From: Cyanophora paradoxa CCMP329
Taxonomy: Eukaryota > Plantae > Glaucophyta
DNA: 64,000 nucleotides
Direction: 5' to 3'
Assembly: GCA_004431415.1 (NCBI GenBank)
Contig: QPMI01000133.1
Location: forward strand, 1 to 64,000
Shown piece after piece: positions 36,759 through 48,767 of this stretch. The notes below the pieces were generated by a model that saw only the letters and a list, made by a program, of their open reading frames with translations, was not told the origin of the DNA and made no database searches. Numbering within the stretch: position 1 is the stretch's first letter; every line of letters starts with the position of its first letter. Made by a program: the position numbers and the translations under genes.

Positions 36759-38978
36759 ATCCTCCCAGCTTAGCCCAGAACCTCTCCCGTATATCCGACC
36801 CCAGTGCCACCTAGGCCCTGTCCCTGCAGCTTCCCCCCTCTAGCCTCTTGTTATACAGCTATAGTGTTCGCCCCTCGAGCTACCTTTCCTTTCCGGCCGG
36901 CCTCAGCCCGCCTCACGCGGAATCGCGACTGCGTCGGTATCTATTTCGTAGAGCCCCATTGTCTTTCCAGCTCAACCCCACGCTTACTCCCTCATGTACA
37001 TAGCCATAGTGCTTTGCCAGGGCTCCGTTTCCGTCGATATCCCACCTTGCCTCACCGCTCACTAGTCTCTCCAGGCCCCTGGCTGCCCTGATGCCCCAAC
37101 CCTCTAGAGGGCGTCCCCATATGCATACCTCGTAGGTCTCTGACATCGCCTCCGTTCATCCGTACAATCGGTTTTCTACCTCGGTCTCTAGCACCACCAC
37201 TTATACTTACACACATACCTATTCATAGTGGCCCCGCGCCCCCGCTGTCCGGGGCGGGCGCCAGTAGAGTAGCACGCCTCGGTCACGTAGATAGAGGTGT
37301 GCTTGAATAACGCGAACGACCCCGGCGGGGTCCCCTCCTGGAACGCAGTAATTTGGTAGCGCAGTATTACCCCCTTCGCTAACAAAATTTAGATTTTCGA
37401 GGCCGATGGAACGCAGTCACTGAGTAATTTGGTAGCGCAGTAAAGCGCCTACCGGCGCAGAACTTTTGGAACGCAGTAATTTGTGGCGCAGTAGATAAGT
37501 ATTACACGGTACTCCAGCGGCAATTTAAAACATCGGCTAAAAAAGCATTCCTACAGTATTAGCTAGGCTCAGCCTGATCGAGCGGCTCTTGCTGCCGCAG
37601 TGCGCCGACTCTGCGGCCCAGACTGCGGGCCAGACTGCGGCCACAGGCCCACAGCTCAGCGGCTCGCGGAAACAGCTGGCATACTACTACTAGTATATAT
37701 AATATATGATATATAGTAGTAGGCGGCGATGCCGCAGTGATACCGGTAGCCCGGCGGTAGGCCGGTCTAGCACATATATTGCGCCGGTTCAAGTTCTATA
37801 GGAGATCTCGTGACTCGGCGTAAAGTACCCGAACTTGTTCAGGGCCGGACTCCTAAGTACAGGCTCCTAGACTTGGCATTCTGTACCCTCAGCGTGCAAA
37901 AAAAGCGGCAAAAAACAGTCAGCGCGCAGCAAGAGTTCGAAGGTCCCTAGCCAATATGTTTCGGCTCCTCCCGCTGCAGACGTCGGCTCCTCCCGCTGCA
38001 GATATGACTCGCGATTACACGTTCGTTAACAAGCATTCTGAACTGGTACACGCCCCGATCCTGACTCGTCATCACGCCGCGCGACATCCGCAGCGGCAGC
38101 TAGTGAAGCAAGTGACTCTGAGGACAAGGAGAACGCATCTGTAGCTTCTAACGATCATACAGGTGCGTGTCAGCAAGCCCCGCGTGCTGCCTAGCTAGTA
38201 CTACTACAGTAGTAGCCTGGTACTACGGCCCGGCGGTACTATTTACGGTATACGTAGTAGCGCTAATTATAAGCTCCTTTAGCTTAAGCTTAAGCTTCCG
38301 TCGCTAGGTACCGGTTGGCTCCGTTCCGAACTATTTCGACTCCTAGCGAATTACTAAGAGCACCAACGTAGAGGTTTGCTTTCAACTTTCTCAAGTTTCA
38401 ACGGTTTAAATTTAAGCCTTGAAGGCTGAAGCTAACGATCGCGAAGGCTCCCGGATAGGGTTGTAGCGCTATATTTGTTATTAAAAAATTGGTGATTTCG
38501 AATTTGGAGCGCTATATATAGATTTATTTTTTGGTGAATTACCGGCCAGTCACTAGACACCAGCACTGCGGGGGCTCCCCATGGCCCATGGGCCATGGCC
38601 AGGGGGCATATAGAAAAAAAGCCGAAGCAAATTAACTAAGACAATAAGACGAAGAAAGACAAGACAAAGAGCCAAAATCGACAATAAAAAAGGAAAGACA
38701 CAGAGACAGCTGCATACGCAGATCGAGAAGAGACATTAAGCGAACCAGACGGAGCAGATCGATATCTAGACCTCGACCGTGATGATTTATGCAGCATAAA
38801 TTAAAATGCTCATGATCAGCGGCTGATCATGAAGCTGACGTCGACGCCGATCGCGAATTAAATGGCCAAAGATCTTCAAGGCTTGAGCGGACCAGCTGCA
38901 GGCCGCTCTCACTTTTCGGAGTCGGGCGAGCTGAAGGCAATATTAATTGTTATAGCCCGCGATCGGGATCGCCCGGGG

Positions 38979-39038
38979 GCTCAGGGGCAGCCGCGCGCCG
39001 GCGGCGCCGACGCGGCCCTTGCACTCTTCCAGGCCGGC
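38979..39038 (-). pseudogene. Duplicate of the LEA gene's last exon
   Basis: CAG|GCCGGCCTGGAAGAGTGCAAGGGCCGCGTCGGCGCCGCCGGC..GCTGCCCCTGA matches 39491-39541. Confidence 0.6.
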
Positions 39039-39200
39039 CTGATAACACTACGATACACATGACACACATGACTTCATTCCGATGGGGGTTCCCTGGGGCC
39101 TCCCCTGGAAGCTTAGGCTGCAGCTGCAGACTCTGCGAACTAGCCGATTATTATATATGATCGAGGCACAGCTATTACTATACGTACATTAGTAGTTACA

Positions 39201-39230
39201 GTTCGCCCTTCCGTAGTCTCTCAAAAAAAA
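39201..39230 (+). mobile_element. Short copy of the dispersed retroposon 3' end with poly(A)
   Basis: GTTCGCCCTTCCGTAGTCTCTC followed by A8. Confidence 0.5.
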
Positions 39231-39490
39231 GTTAAAGAGCCTCGGAGTTAATTCCATTTGGATTACTAAGTTAATTTAATATTCGGCACTCTGTACACGA
39301 CCCGCGGCTCGCCTCCCGGCGCGCCCCACAGCCTCCACGTGCACTACACTGATATCGATGTCCTACCGGCTACGTATACAGGCATGGGCCGGCTGGATCC
39401 GAAGCGTCCCGAGCAACCGGTACCGGGCGGCGTTGCCCTGCCCCATATATATATTAACGACGCCTCCTCGCTCGCCGCTGGCGCAGGCGC

Positions 39491-42400
39491 TCAGGGGCAG
39501 CCGGCGGCGCCGACGCGGCCCTTGCACTCGTCGAGGCCGGCCTGCGCGCGGGTAGGTGAGAGGCGGGGCGAGGGTGGAGGGGCAGAGCTCCAGGCGGGCT
39601 ATTTATATACATATAAATAGCAGCGAGTCGCTGCGGGCGCTATTATCAACACTCTATCCGTAGGCCTTCCCCCCCGGCTCGCTCGCTCACCTTGACCTCG
39701 TCGATGCCCTCCGCGGCCTTGGCGCGGCCCTCCCGCACCCGCTCGCGCCCCGTCGCCTCCTGTCCCTCCCCGTGCACTGCTCGGGCAGCGAGTCAAGGTT
39801 GGTCTAACTAAAATCTAGAGGAAGCAGAACGAAGGGGCGCGCTGCCGCGAGATTAAGTTATACAATTAAGCTCGAGAAGCGAACGGCCCGTCTAAAAGTG
39901 GAAAAAGAGGCTCGGGATCCGGAGGAGGACTGGAGGGGGCGGGGCCGGGGGGGGGGGTACCGGCGTCGCGGACGCGATGGGCGGCCCCCTCCGCCGTGTC
40001 GCGGGCCCGCCCGGCTGCCGATCGCGAAGAGCGGGCCCGGGTAAGGAAAGGGAGGGACAGGGGAGGAGGGGGGGTACCGGCGTCGTAGGCGGTGTCCTTG
40101 GCCGAGTCGTACGTGTCCCGCGCGCGCCCCGCTGCGAGAAGGTAAGGCGAGGGACCCGTCCGAGGGGAGGGAGCAAAGGGCGGGGGGTACCGGCGTCCCC
40201 AGCGGCCTCGCGGGCGCGGCCAGCTGCGCCGCAGGCGTCGGCGTCGGCGCCGGCGTCGGGCAGGAGGCGGCGGCGGGTCGGGGAGCGCTGCGTGCACGTG
40301 CACGCTTCGGGGGCCGGGGGCGGGGGCGCACCGGCGTCGCGGGCGGACTCGGCTGCGGGTGGGCGGGTCATGTAAGAAGAAAAGAAGACGAAAATATAAT
40401 AAGATTTAGAGGAATTACAAGCTTCTAAGCTTCTACGTTTCTTAGCTTCTAGGCTTCTAAGCTTCTAAGCTTCTAAGCTTCTAAGCCTCTACGTTTCTAA
40501 GCTTCTAAGCTTCTAAGGGAAGACGGTTCGAGCCTGGCTCCTGCGGGGCGCACCGGCGCGGCCAGCGGCGTCGCGGGTGCGGTCGTAGGCCTCGCCCGCC
40601 GTGTCGCGCGCGTACTCCGCTGCGAACGAAGTTAAGGGGGGAAGAAGAATGGCCGGGGGGTACGGGAGCGGCGGAGGCCGACCGGTGCGGCCGGCGGCGC
40701 CGCGGGCCTTCTCAGCTGCGCGAGGGGGGGGCCAGGGCGCCTCGGTCCAGGGTGGGCGGGCGGGGGGGTACGGCGCCGGGGCGACGTTCACGGCTGCGGC
40801 GAACCGGTCCCGTAGGCGGCGTCGCGGGCGCCGGCGGCTGCGCGCAGGCGGGTCGGATCAGAAGAGAAGAAGACGGAAGCGATAATGTGACCTAGAGGCT
40901 TCAAAGATTCCGAATTTCTAATTTGAAGCGCGGGAGCGGCGCCGGCAGGCGGGCCCGCGAGCTCAGGCGGCGGGACGGGCTCAAAAATCTTATGAAGCGC
41001 GGGCCGCTTAAAACGGCAGATCGATGATCGGGAGGCGGCGGGGGACGAACCCGTGTCCTTGGCGTAGTCCTTCGCCCGGGCGGCCTTCTCCTCTGCCGGC
41101 GGCCGCGCGTCAGAATTGCGTCGGGCTCTAGATGCTTGGAAGAGCTCGAAAAGGAATCTAAGCTACGCCGTGACTGGCTCTACGCTCTCTAGCCTCTAGG
41201 CTTCTGAGCTGTCGGGCTCGGGCGCTACGGCGAGACTAGAGGATGGCGCGGGCTCTACATCTACGGCCGGGCGCTACCGGCCCTACGCTCTCTAGGCTCT
41301 CGAGCTTCCGGGCGCTACGGCGAGCGCTATGATAAAGCTGCAAGTTATATGAGCGGGGCTTCTTCTAGGCGACGGCGGGGCGGACCGCCGGTCTCGGCGG
41401 CGCCGAGGCTAATATAATCTTATCTAGTTCTTCGGAGCGTAGCGGCGGACCGGCGGTCTCGGCGGCGCCGAAAAAGGCGTCGCGGAGGCGGGCGAGGAAG
41501 CCCTTGGACGTGTCCTTGGCGCGGTCCTCTGCGCCGGGCGGGGGCGGGGGCGGAGTGAGCCGAGCGGGCCGAGCGAGCCGAGTCAGATCTGATCTGAGCG
41601 AGCTCGAGGCGCGCGCACTCATCTCGCCGGCCGTGTCGTACGCCCCGCGGGCGCGGTCCTCTGCGGGAGGAGGACGTCGGTGAGATCGGTCGCGGTTCGC
41701 GAGCTTCGATAGCGGCTGTAGCTGTAGGGCCCGCTGGATCGTATTCCGCAGCGCAGATTTAGATAGCTACGTATACAGAGCGTGGAGCAGAGCAGAGCGG
41801 CGAGTTATCGATCCATCGGATCGCTCACCGGCGGTCTCGTAGGCGTCGCGGGCCGCGCCCTTGGTGCGGTCCTTGGCGCGGTCCTCTGGGGGCGGGGCGG
41901 GCGGCCGGGGTCAGACGGGAAGGCAAGGGAAGCGTGCTTGAGCTAGACAGGCGTAGGCCTGATAAGGTTCTGGGTTCGAGCGAGAGGCGGCTCAAGAAGC
42001 TTGGCGGTGCTACACGCACTCATCTCGCCGGCGGTGTCGTAGGCCTCGCGGGCCGCCCCCCGCGCGCGGTCGGCTGCACACACGCGCGCGCGCGCGAGTG
42101 CGCGCCCGTCAGCAGATCGAATTCGAAGCGCGAGCGAGGCGGCGGTGGCCGGGGCCGCACCGGTCCCTTCGGCGGCCTCGTAGGTGCGCTCGCCTGCCGC
42201 GCGCGGGCACTCATGATCAGCGCCAGCCGGCCGTGAATAGTCAGCAGAGGCAGCATGCGCACCTGCGCGGCGGGCCTTGCCCCCGAACCAGCCCGTGATC
42301 CACCCGAGGAGCCCGCGCGTCTCCTCCGCCGTCTCTTCCGCGTACTCGCCTGCGCCCGCGTCAGCATTCGCTTGAAGTTGAGAGAAGAGATTTGAGAGAG

Positions 42401-43466
42401 CTCACCGGCCTGCTTGGCGGCGCCCTTGGCGCCCTCGTACGTCCCCTTCGCGTACTCGCCTGCAGCGCGCGCCGTGCGCGCGGGGATCAAATCAGAAGAA
42501 AACGGCAATCAGAAGACGATGCGCACCGGCACCGCGGGCGGCGCCCTTCGCCTTGCCCTTCGCGGCCTCGTACGCCTCGCGGGTCAGGTAGCCCGCCTCG
42601 TCGAACAGGCGCGAGACGGCGTTGCGCGTGCTCGCGAGCCAGTCCTCCGACGTGTGCTTCGCGCTGGCGACTGCGGGCGGGGTCGCGACGTCGACCGGCG
42701 GCGAAGGCGAAGGCGGATCAAATTTTGCGGGCGCACGCGTGCGTCGCCCCTTGAAGGCGCCTTCCTGGAAGAGATTGCCGATGCGGTTCGCTATGGTTGA
42801 CGCCGCGTCGCTCGTCACGTATCTGCGGCGAGCCGGCTTGGACCGCTGGGGGCGGGAATTCGAAGCGCGCGGGCGGCAAGCGCACCCGGCCTTGGTCGCC
42901 GTGCGCCGCGCATCATCCAGGATCGTTCCAGCGCGCTCCCGCAGGTCGCGGATGTTGTCCTGGGCGACAATCAGCGCGGGAAGCCACGAAAGATAAGCTG
43001 CAAGAAGCCGCGGCGGACTTTCGTGACGCCCTCGTACTCGTTGGCCCGTCGCTCCACGTCATTCAGCACATTCTCCCGGTAGCGGACCCAGTTGTTCTCA
43101 TTGCGGCTGCGCGAGGCGAGTGAGAACCGACCGCAATTTCAGCGGGCGGACACGGCGCGCACCTTCGGGTGGTGTCGCTGGGCCAGAGCCTCGGGACGAG
43201 AAGGACCAGGGCGAGCGCGATGAGCCTGCGAACGCGGCCGCGGCTTCCGGTCAGCGACGAGAATCGGCGCTCTCGGCCCATCGCGCTCGCCGGATAGAGA
43301 GCACAGATCTAGGTTACGCTTCTTTACAATTTATAGGGTTCTAGGATCCCGTACGCACGCCGCGGCGCCCCGGCGCGCACGGGCGCGCGGCGGAGAAGAG
43401 CGCGAGCGAGAAGGGGGCGCACCCGTATGTGAGGATGTTCCGAAGATCCTGCCGAGTCACCTCCAT
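39491..43466 (-). CDS. LEA (group 3-like) repeat protein with N-terminal membrane anchor, encoded by many micro-exons
   Basis: Starts MEVTRQDLRNILTYGLIALALVLLVPRLW. Repeats include GEYAKGTYEGAKGAAKQA, GRARDTYDSAKDTAYDA, EYARDTAGEAYDRTRDA and EDRAKDTSKG. Ends AGLDECKGRVGAAGCP*. Confidence 0.75.
40419..40517. repeat. Intronic (AAGCTTCT)n minisatellite
   Basis: About 12 imperfect 8-mer copies. Confidence 0.85.
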
Positions 43467-44272
43467 ACGGCGAGGACCGCTCTTATCGCCTTTGCGAGGG
43501 ACGGCGACCGCTGGGCCGACCACCGGAGCGCCTGTGCGCGTCGTGGGCGGCGGCCCCGATTGCAGCGGCCTGTCATCCTCCGCGCTCGCGAACGGCTGCC
43601 TGCGCCTGCCGCACGAACGTTGAGGGCACGCGGCACGCGGGAGCAGCGCTTGTGGACAGAGCGATTTTCCGACAAGGCGGGACACGGGCGGGCGCGGCGC
43701 AGGCGCACGAGGACGCCGAGCCACGCAGGGGGCGGGCGGGCGCTTCCGGCGCGGCGAACCTCGCTTCCTCTGCCGTCGCCGCCATCTTGCTGTCTGAACG
43801 CTCTACCCCGCTGGAATCGAACCCCCCTGCCGACCGCTTCTCTTGACCGATCGGCCCGCGGGCCGCGTCCGAGCACCAGCACGAGTGCTGAAGCGACGCT
43901 GCGGGGCTGGCAGCGAGCTCGCGCCGCCACAGCTAGAGCGGACCGGCAGTTGGACGGCCCGCTCGACCTTGCACCCAGGCCACGCTCAGCGATGGCTCAG
44001 TAGCGTTCCCAGCACCGGCTCCAGCGCGGTGGTTACAGCGGCTCGGCGGGCGCGGAAAGGAACGCTCCCGTCAAGTCCGGGAATCCAGGCTCGAGCTCCG
44101 GCACCCGAGCGATGGCGCTGAACCTGCTGTGCGCGCCTCCATCCGCGTTACATGGCCGGGGACGCGTCCCTAACTCGCCCGCAGCGGCTTGCAATTGGGC
44201 GGTTCCCGGCTCGGCCGCGGGCTACCTTCGACAAGCGGTGCGCATGCGGGGGAGGAGCGGCGAGTCGCTGGG

Positions 44273-47260
44273 ATGCAGACAGACGAGTGCGCACGAAGCG
44301 CCTCGGCCGTGTCGCGGCGCTCGCTTACGCGCCTCCCGCGCCCCTCGCGCAGGGGATCCCGGGACGCTACGGGCCGGGCGCCTCGGCCGCCTCGCGACGG
44401 CGCTCCTGCGGCGCGTCCCGTTCGCGGGGCGCCTCCTGAGCGGGCGGAAGCGCGGCCGCGAGGAGTTCGAGGCGCCGGACGAGGGCGCCGGGCCCGAGCC
44501 CGGGCAGGAGGAGGGCGAGGAGGAGGTCGGGGAGCTGCGCGCGGCGCTCGAGCGCGCGGAGGCGGCGCTGGCGGCCGAGCGCGCCCTCGACGGGGGCGCT
44601 TTCGCGTACGCGTACCCCGAGGTCCAGGTCCCGGCCGCCCTGCGGTGCGCGCAGCGACGGCGCCGGCGCCCCGCCCGCGGCCCCGCAGCTGACGCCGCCA
44701 CCGCCGCAGGGCGCCGGCGAGCGTGGCGGTGCAGACGGAGGGGGTCGGGGGCGCACCGGGGCCGCGGGGCGAGCGGGCGCGGCTGCGGGAGGCGATCGGC
44801 GAGGCGGAGCGGGCGCGGCGGCGGTGCGCGGAGCGGCGGACGGGCGTCTTCGTCGCGGCGGAGGGCGCGGCGGGGGCGGAAGCGGCGGAGGCGGCGGGGC
44901 GGCGCTGCCCGACGACGTCCTTCTGTACGTCTTCGAGCTCGCCGTGAGGGTCCGCCCGTCCCTCCCCGCGCCGGCGGCCCCGTCTCCGGCCCCGCGCCGG
45001 CGGCGGCTGAGGCGGGGCGCAGCGGGGCGGGCGGAGGGGGCGCTGCCAGAGGCGCACCGGCTGCTGTGCGCGGCGGGGCGCGTCTGCCGCCGCTGGCGCC
45101 GCCTCGCCTCCGACCCGCGCCTCTGGTCCTCCTTCCACCTCCGGCGCGTCCCCCCCCCCGCCCGCCCGCCCGCCCCCGTGCCGGCCGCTGCTGAGCGTGC
45201 AGCGCAGGGCGCACGCGCTGCAGCTGCCGTGGGCGCTGCACGCGCTGGCGGCGCTGCCGCGCTTCCGCGGCCTCTCGCACCTGCAGCTCGACGTCTTCGT
45301 CGGGGGCTCTCCGACGCCGGCCCGCCCGCCCCGGCTCGGGCCCCGTCGCCGCCGAGATCGCGCGCTGCCTCGCCGCGCTCGCCGCCCCCGGCGCCGGCGG
45401 GGCGGGCGCCGGCCCGCCGCCCCTGCCTCGTGTCGCGGCCCTCGAGCTGCGCATTTTCAGGGCCCGCCCGTACCCCGTACCCCCCCTCCGCGCCGACCTC
45501 GATGCTGACTGCGTTTTTCAGGTCCAGTACAGTATCCTGTGAAGAGACCGGGCGGGCAGGCAGGTTCCTGTACCCGAGCGGCTGCCCTGGCTGCCCGCCT
45601 GCAGCGGGGACCAGCTCCGGGCGCTCGGCGCCGGCTTCCGTGGCTCGCGGTCCGAGGCCTTTGCCAGCACCGGTCCGCAGGCGAGCGAAGCGTACCCCCC
45701 CGCGCGCCGCGGCTGACGCGTACCCCCGCACGTCCGCGCAGCGCGGCTGCTGCGCGTCGCGGAGCGCTTCCCCGGCCTGCGGCGCCTGTCGCTGCCGGGC
45801 GAGGGCCGCGGCTACTTCCCCGCCATCAAATCGCTCGGCGGGCCCTCCAGCCGCATCGAGGAGTGCGTTCTTTGGCGTACCCCCTCGCCTCTCCCCATTC
45901 TCCGGTCGCTTCAGCGTTTCCATTTCTAATCGGCATTGCAGGCTCGACCTTCACATTGCATTCTCCGAGTGCCCCGGTCGTAAACTCCGGATCCACCGCG
46001 CGGTCCGCGACCGCTCATCTGAGTCCACCCGAGCTCGCTCGAGCTCATCTGAGCCCCCCGCCTTCTCGCCCCAGTTCCCGCGGCTCAGGTGGCTCAGGAG
46101 CGCCTCGGTGGAGACGCAGGAGGGACTAGAGCGGATGCTGCAGCTTGCACCAACGCCGGCGCCGGCGCCGGCGGCCGAGGAGCTCGCGCCGGGGCCTGCC
46201 CCGGCCCCGGCGCGGGCGATTGATAGGCTCAAGATCAGCTTCATCACCTTCGACAGGGAGACCGATCCCCTTTCGGCATTACTGTCGACATACGTCGAGC
46301 CGGAGCCACTGCGCGCCTGCGTCGAGCACCTCCAGCCGCGCGCCCTACTCTTCGAAAGCTGCATGGGCCTTCATCTCCTGCAATGCGCCATCGGCCCTTC
46401 CGTCCAGTGCGGCTCCAGCCGCGCATGCCGCTGTACCCCCTTCCGCCGCCCTGACGTATGTACCCCCCTCCATCTGCAGAGAGCTCCTGATGGACACAGG
46501 GTCGCTCATTTCGCCGATGCCTGGCGATATGGAGTGGATTCCCGGTGTGTTGTACCCCCGTCCGCTCCCCGTCTTGAGAGCCCACGGCATTAACGTTTAT
46601 GTTACCCCAGGATTCCTGTCCTCGGTCCGCGAGCTCTCCCTCAATCTCGATTTCGACGACGTCGGCGAGGACGTCACGTGAGTACCCCCATAGCTATCCG
46701 TGCCCCTCGTTCCCCCCCCCCCCCCCCCCTCCAAATTCGATCGCGAGCCCTTCTAGATCTCGTCCGATCCGGATCTGCAGGTACGGGCCATATTTCAGGA
46801 GGTTTGGCGAGCTTCTGGCGGCACCCCCCGCCCTGCGGCGGGTCGTCCTCACCGGCTACGACTTCGACGCCGATCGCCTCGGCGGGGCAGCCCGCCTGGC
46901 GGAGCTGCGCGGGGCGCGCAGCCTCGGACCCGTAGTTTTCGAAGAGAGGGGGGACGAGCCGCGGGAGTGGGAGACCCTGGACTCCTCGGGATCGGCGCCG
47001 GGGCCTGGCCGCGGCTGGCTCGATCACGAGCTCCCTAAATACGTGCGCACAGGCCCGGGTGCGGCCCGGCGTCTTCTGCAGCTGATGATGAAGGCGCCGG
47101 CTTTGGGCAGGGCGAGGAGGACGGGGGGAAGGACGACGCTGCATATGGCGCCGGGCGCAGCAGCAGCGATCAGGAAGATGATGCGGACAGGGATGAGGAT
47201 GACGAGTTCGAATGTATTGCAACCATCGAACCCGCGACACCGCCGCGTACGTATACCCCT
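44273..47260 (+). CDS. Multi-exon F-box protein with LRR-like C-terminal region and acidic tail (ends approximate)
   Basis: LPDDVLLYVFEL...LLCAAGRVCRRWRRLASDPRLW, then LPRFRGLSHLQLDV, FPRLRWLRSASV, ALRRVVLTGYDF and an Asp/Glu-rich end. An apparent frameshift lies near 44895. Confidence 0.75.
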
Positions 47261-47558
47261 CGTGCGAAATCTGATCTGCCCAGAATTCGAACAGCTGCAG
47301 CTGCAGGGCCCGGGAGGCTGGGGAGGGGGGGGGGATTCAGGAGAACAACGAGGGAAAGAGGGGAGAGGAGAGGACAGGAGAGGCCTAGGACAGGAGACTC
47401 TAAGAGAAGATCTAGAGGGGAGAGGGAAGGATGGGAGGGGAGGAGAAGAGGAAAGGAAGAGAGAGAGGGAGATGAACTAGACTAGTACTAGCGCTAGCAC
47501 CGGCGGCAGCGTTTCTAGCAGCACGCAGGCGCGCTCTAAGAGCTCTCCGAGGCTAGAG

Positions 47559-48767
47559 ATGCAGGCTCTCGGAGGAATTCGAAACCGGGTTGCTCCCATG
47601 GTCCTCGTTCTCGGATTCTGGGCCGCGGCGGCTTCCGGAGCCTGCCAGTGCGGTGAGCTCGCCAGCTGCAGCGACCACCGGGAAATCGATCTTTCGCGAA
47701 CTGTCCGCTCGCCGCGATTTTCGCAGCCGATCCCGTCACGCTCACGAGCTCCTACTGGCGAGCGTCGCACGCGTTCCTCGCCACCATCGTCTCCTCGAGC
47801 GCGGCGACCGCGGGGGAACAGGCTTTCGAAGGTGCGTGCTCTAGATCTAGATCTTTGCATGCGCACGCGTTCGCACGCCCGGCCCGCGGCCGGCGCTCCG
47901 GATCCCGGCTCAGCGCTAGCGCTCAGCGCTCGCGCCGCAGCCCGCGTGTTTGAACAGTACAAGGGCTTCTTCTTGCCGAAGGATGCGAACATCGGCATCA
48001 AAACCTCGATCGGCGAGTGCGGTGCCAGCCTCCAAGTGCGCCGCGGGCCGGGCCCGCCGGCCGGCCGCGCGGGGCGATGGAGACGATTTTCGCGATCGCG
48101 AGCGATCAAATTTTCAGGTCGGGACGGCGTTCGTGATTTTCGCGAACATCGTGGATGGCGCGAACCTGGACAACGACGCCCGAGCCTTATCGAACCGCCT
48201 GCTCGACGCCAACGCCTGCCTCGTTGCCGTGCCCCAGAGCGCGGTCTCGCCCTGCGGCATGGCGTGCGCCGCATTAAATTTTCCCGGAGTCCTGCGCAAC
48301 GGCTACCTGACTCTGATTTCGCGCAGCTACCTGCGCTCCCGCTACTGGTGCCCGGGCTCCCGTCTCAATTGCGGCCTTCTGCAGAACACGGCCAACTGCA
48401 CGCTCGACACCTGCACCGGTCGATGCGCGGTCGCCCCGGACCAGGCGTTGTCTTGCTACAATCCCCAGGTTGAATTCGGCCCGCGCACGTGCTCGTGCGC
48501 CCGGCCCTCCTCTGTTCTCGGGTCGATTAATTCGATCTTTCTTATAATTATCCGATGATCTTGGAATCCGCGAGCAGAAAGGTTCCCGCGTGCCCTGAGG
48601 CGGCGCGTGTCAGCGGCGCCACGTGCGACGAGAACACGTGCGGGGCGTGCCGCGCGGAGTTCTACGGGCCGCCCCCGGCCCGCCAGCCGCTCTGCAGCGA
48701 GTCCTGGCTCGGCTGCACCCTTGGGGACGGCCTCCTGAGCCAGGCCCCGGTCGGTATCACGGCGTGA
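47559..48767 (+). CDS. Secreted TIMP/NTR-module-like protein with Cys-rich C-terminus
   Basis: Signal VLVLGFWAAAASGA followed by CQC, then SYWRASHAFLATIV, RVFEQYKG and IKTSIGECGASLQ|VGTAFVIFA. This matches the CxC...YKG...T....CG..L..G..Y.I pattern of TIMP/netrin modules. Confidence 0.65.

Larger units (their letters stand above)
28646..37340 (+). mobile_element. Non-LTR retrotransposon (L1/Tx1-like RT), 8695 bp, three genes
   Basis: Flanked by the identical 19-mer GAACGCAGTAATTTGGTAG (28627-28645, 37341-37359). Contains an intact APE-RT ORF. Confidence 0.85.
28558..37509. mobile_element. Non-autonomous TA-flanked DNA transposon (Tc1/mariner/pogo-type MITE, ~238 bp when empty) split by a retroelement
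   Basis: TIR CCGTGTAATACTTA (28558-28571) matches TAAGTATTACACGG (37496-37509), with TA on both sides. Internal GAACGCAGTAATTTGGTAGCGCAGTA-type repeats are present. Confidence 0.85.

Noticed and set aside
37229-37340. Hammerhead or twister ribozyme at the LINE 3' end
   Set aside because: The core motifs (CUGANGA/GAAA; a complete twister core) could not be assembled on either strand.
44112-46593. Long 300-590-aa overlapping ORFs on both strands
   Set aside because: These reflect extreme GC content. The region is explained by one spliced F-box gene.
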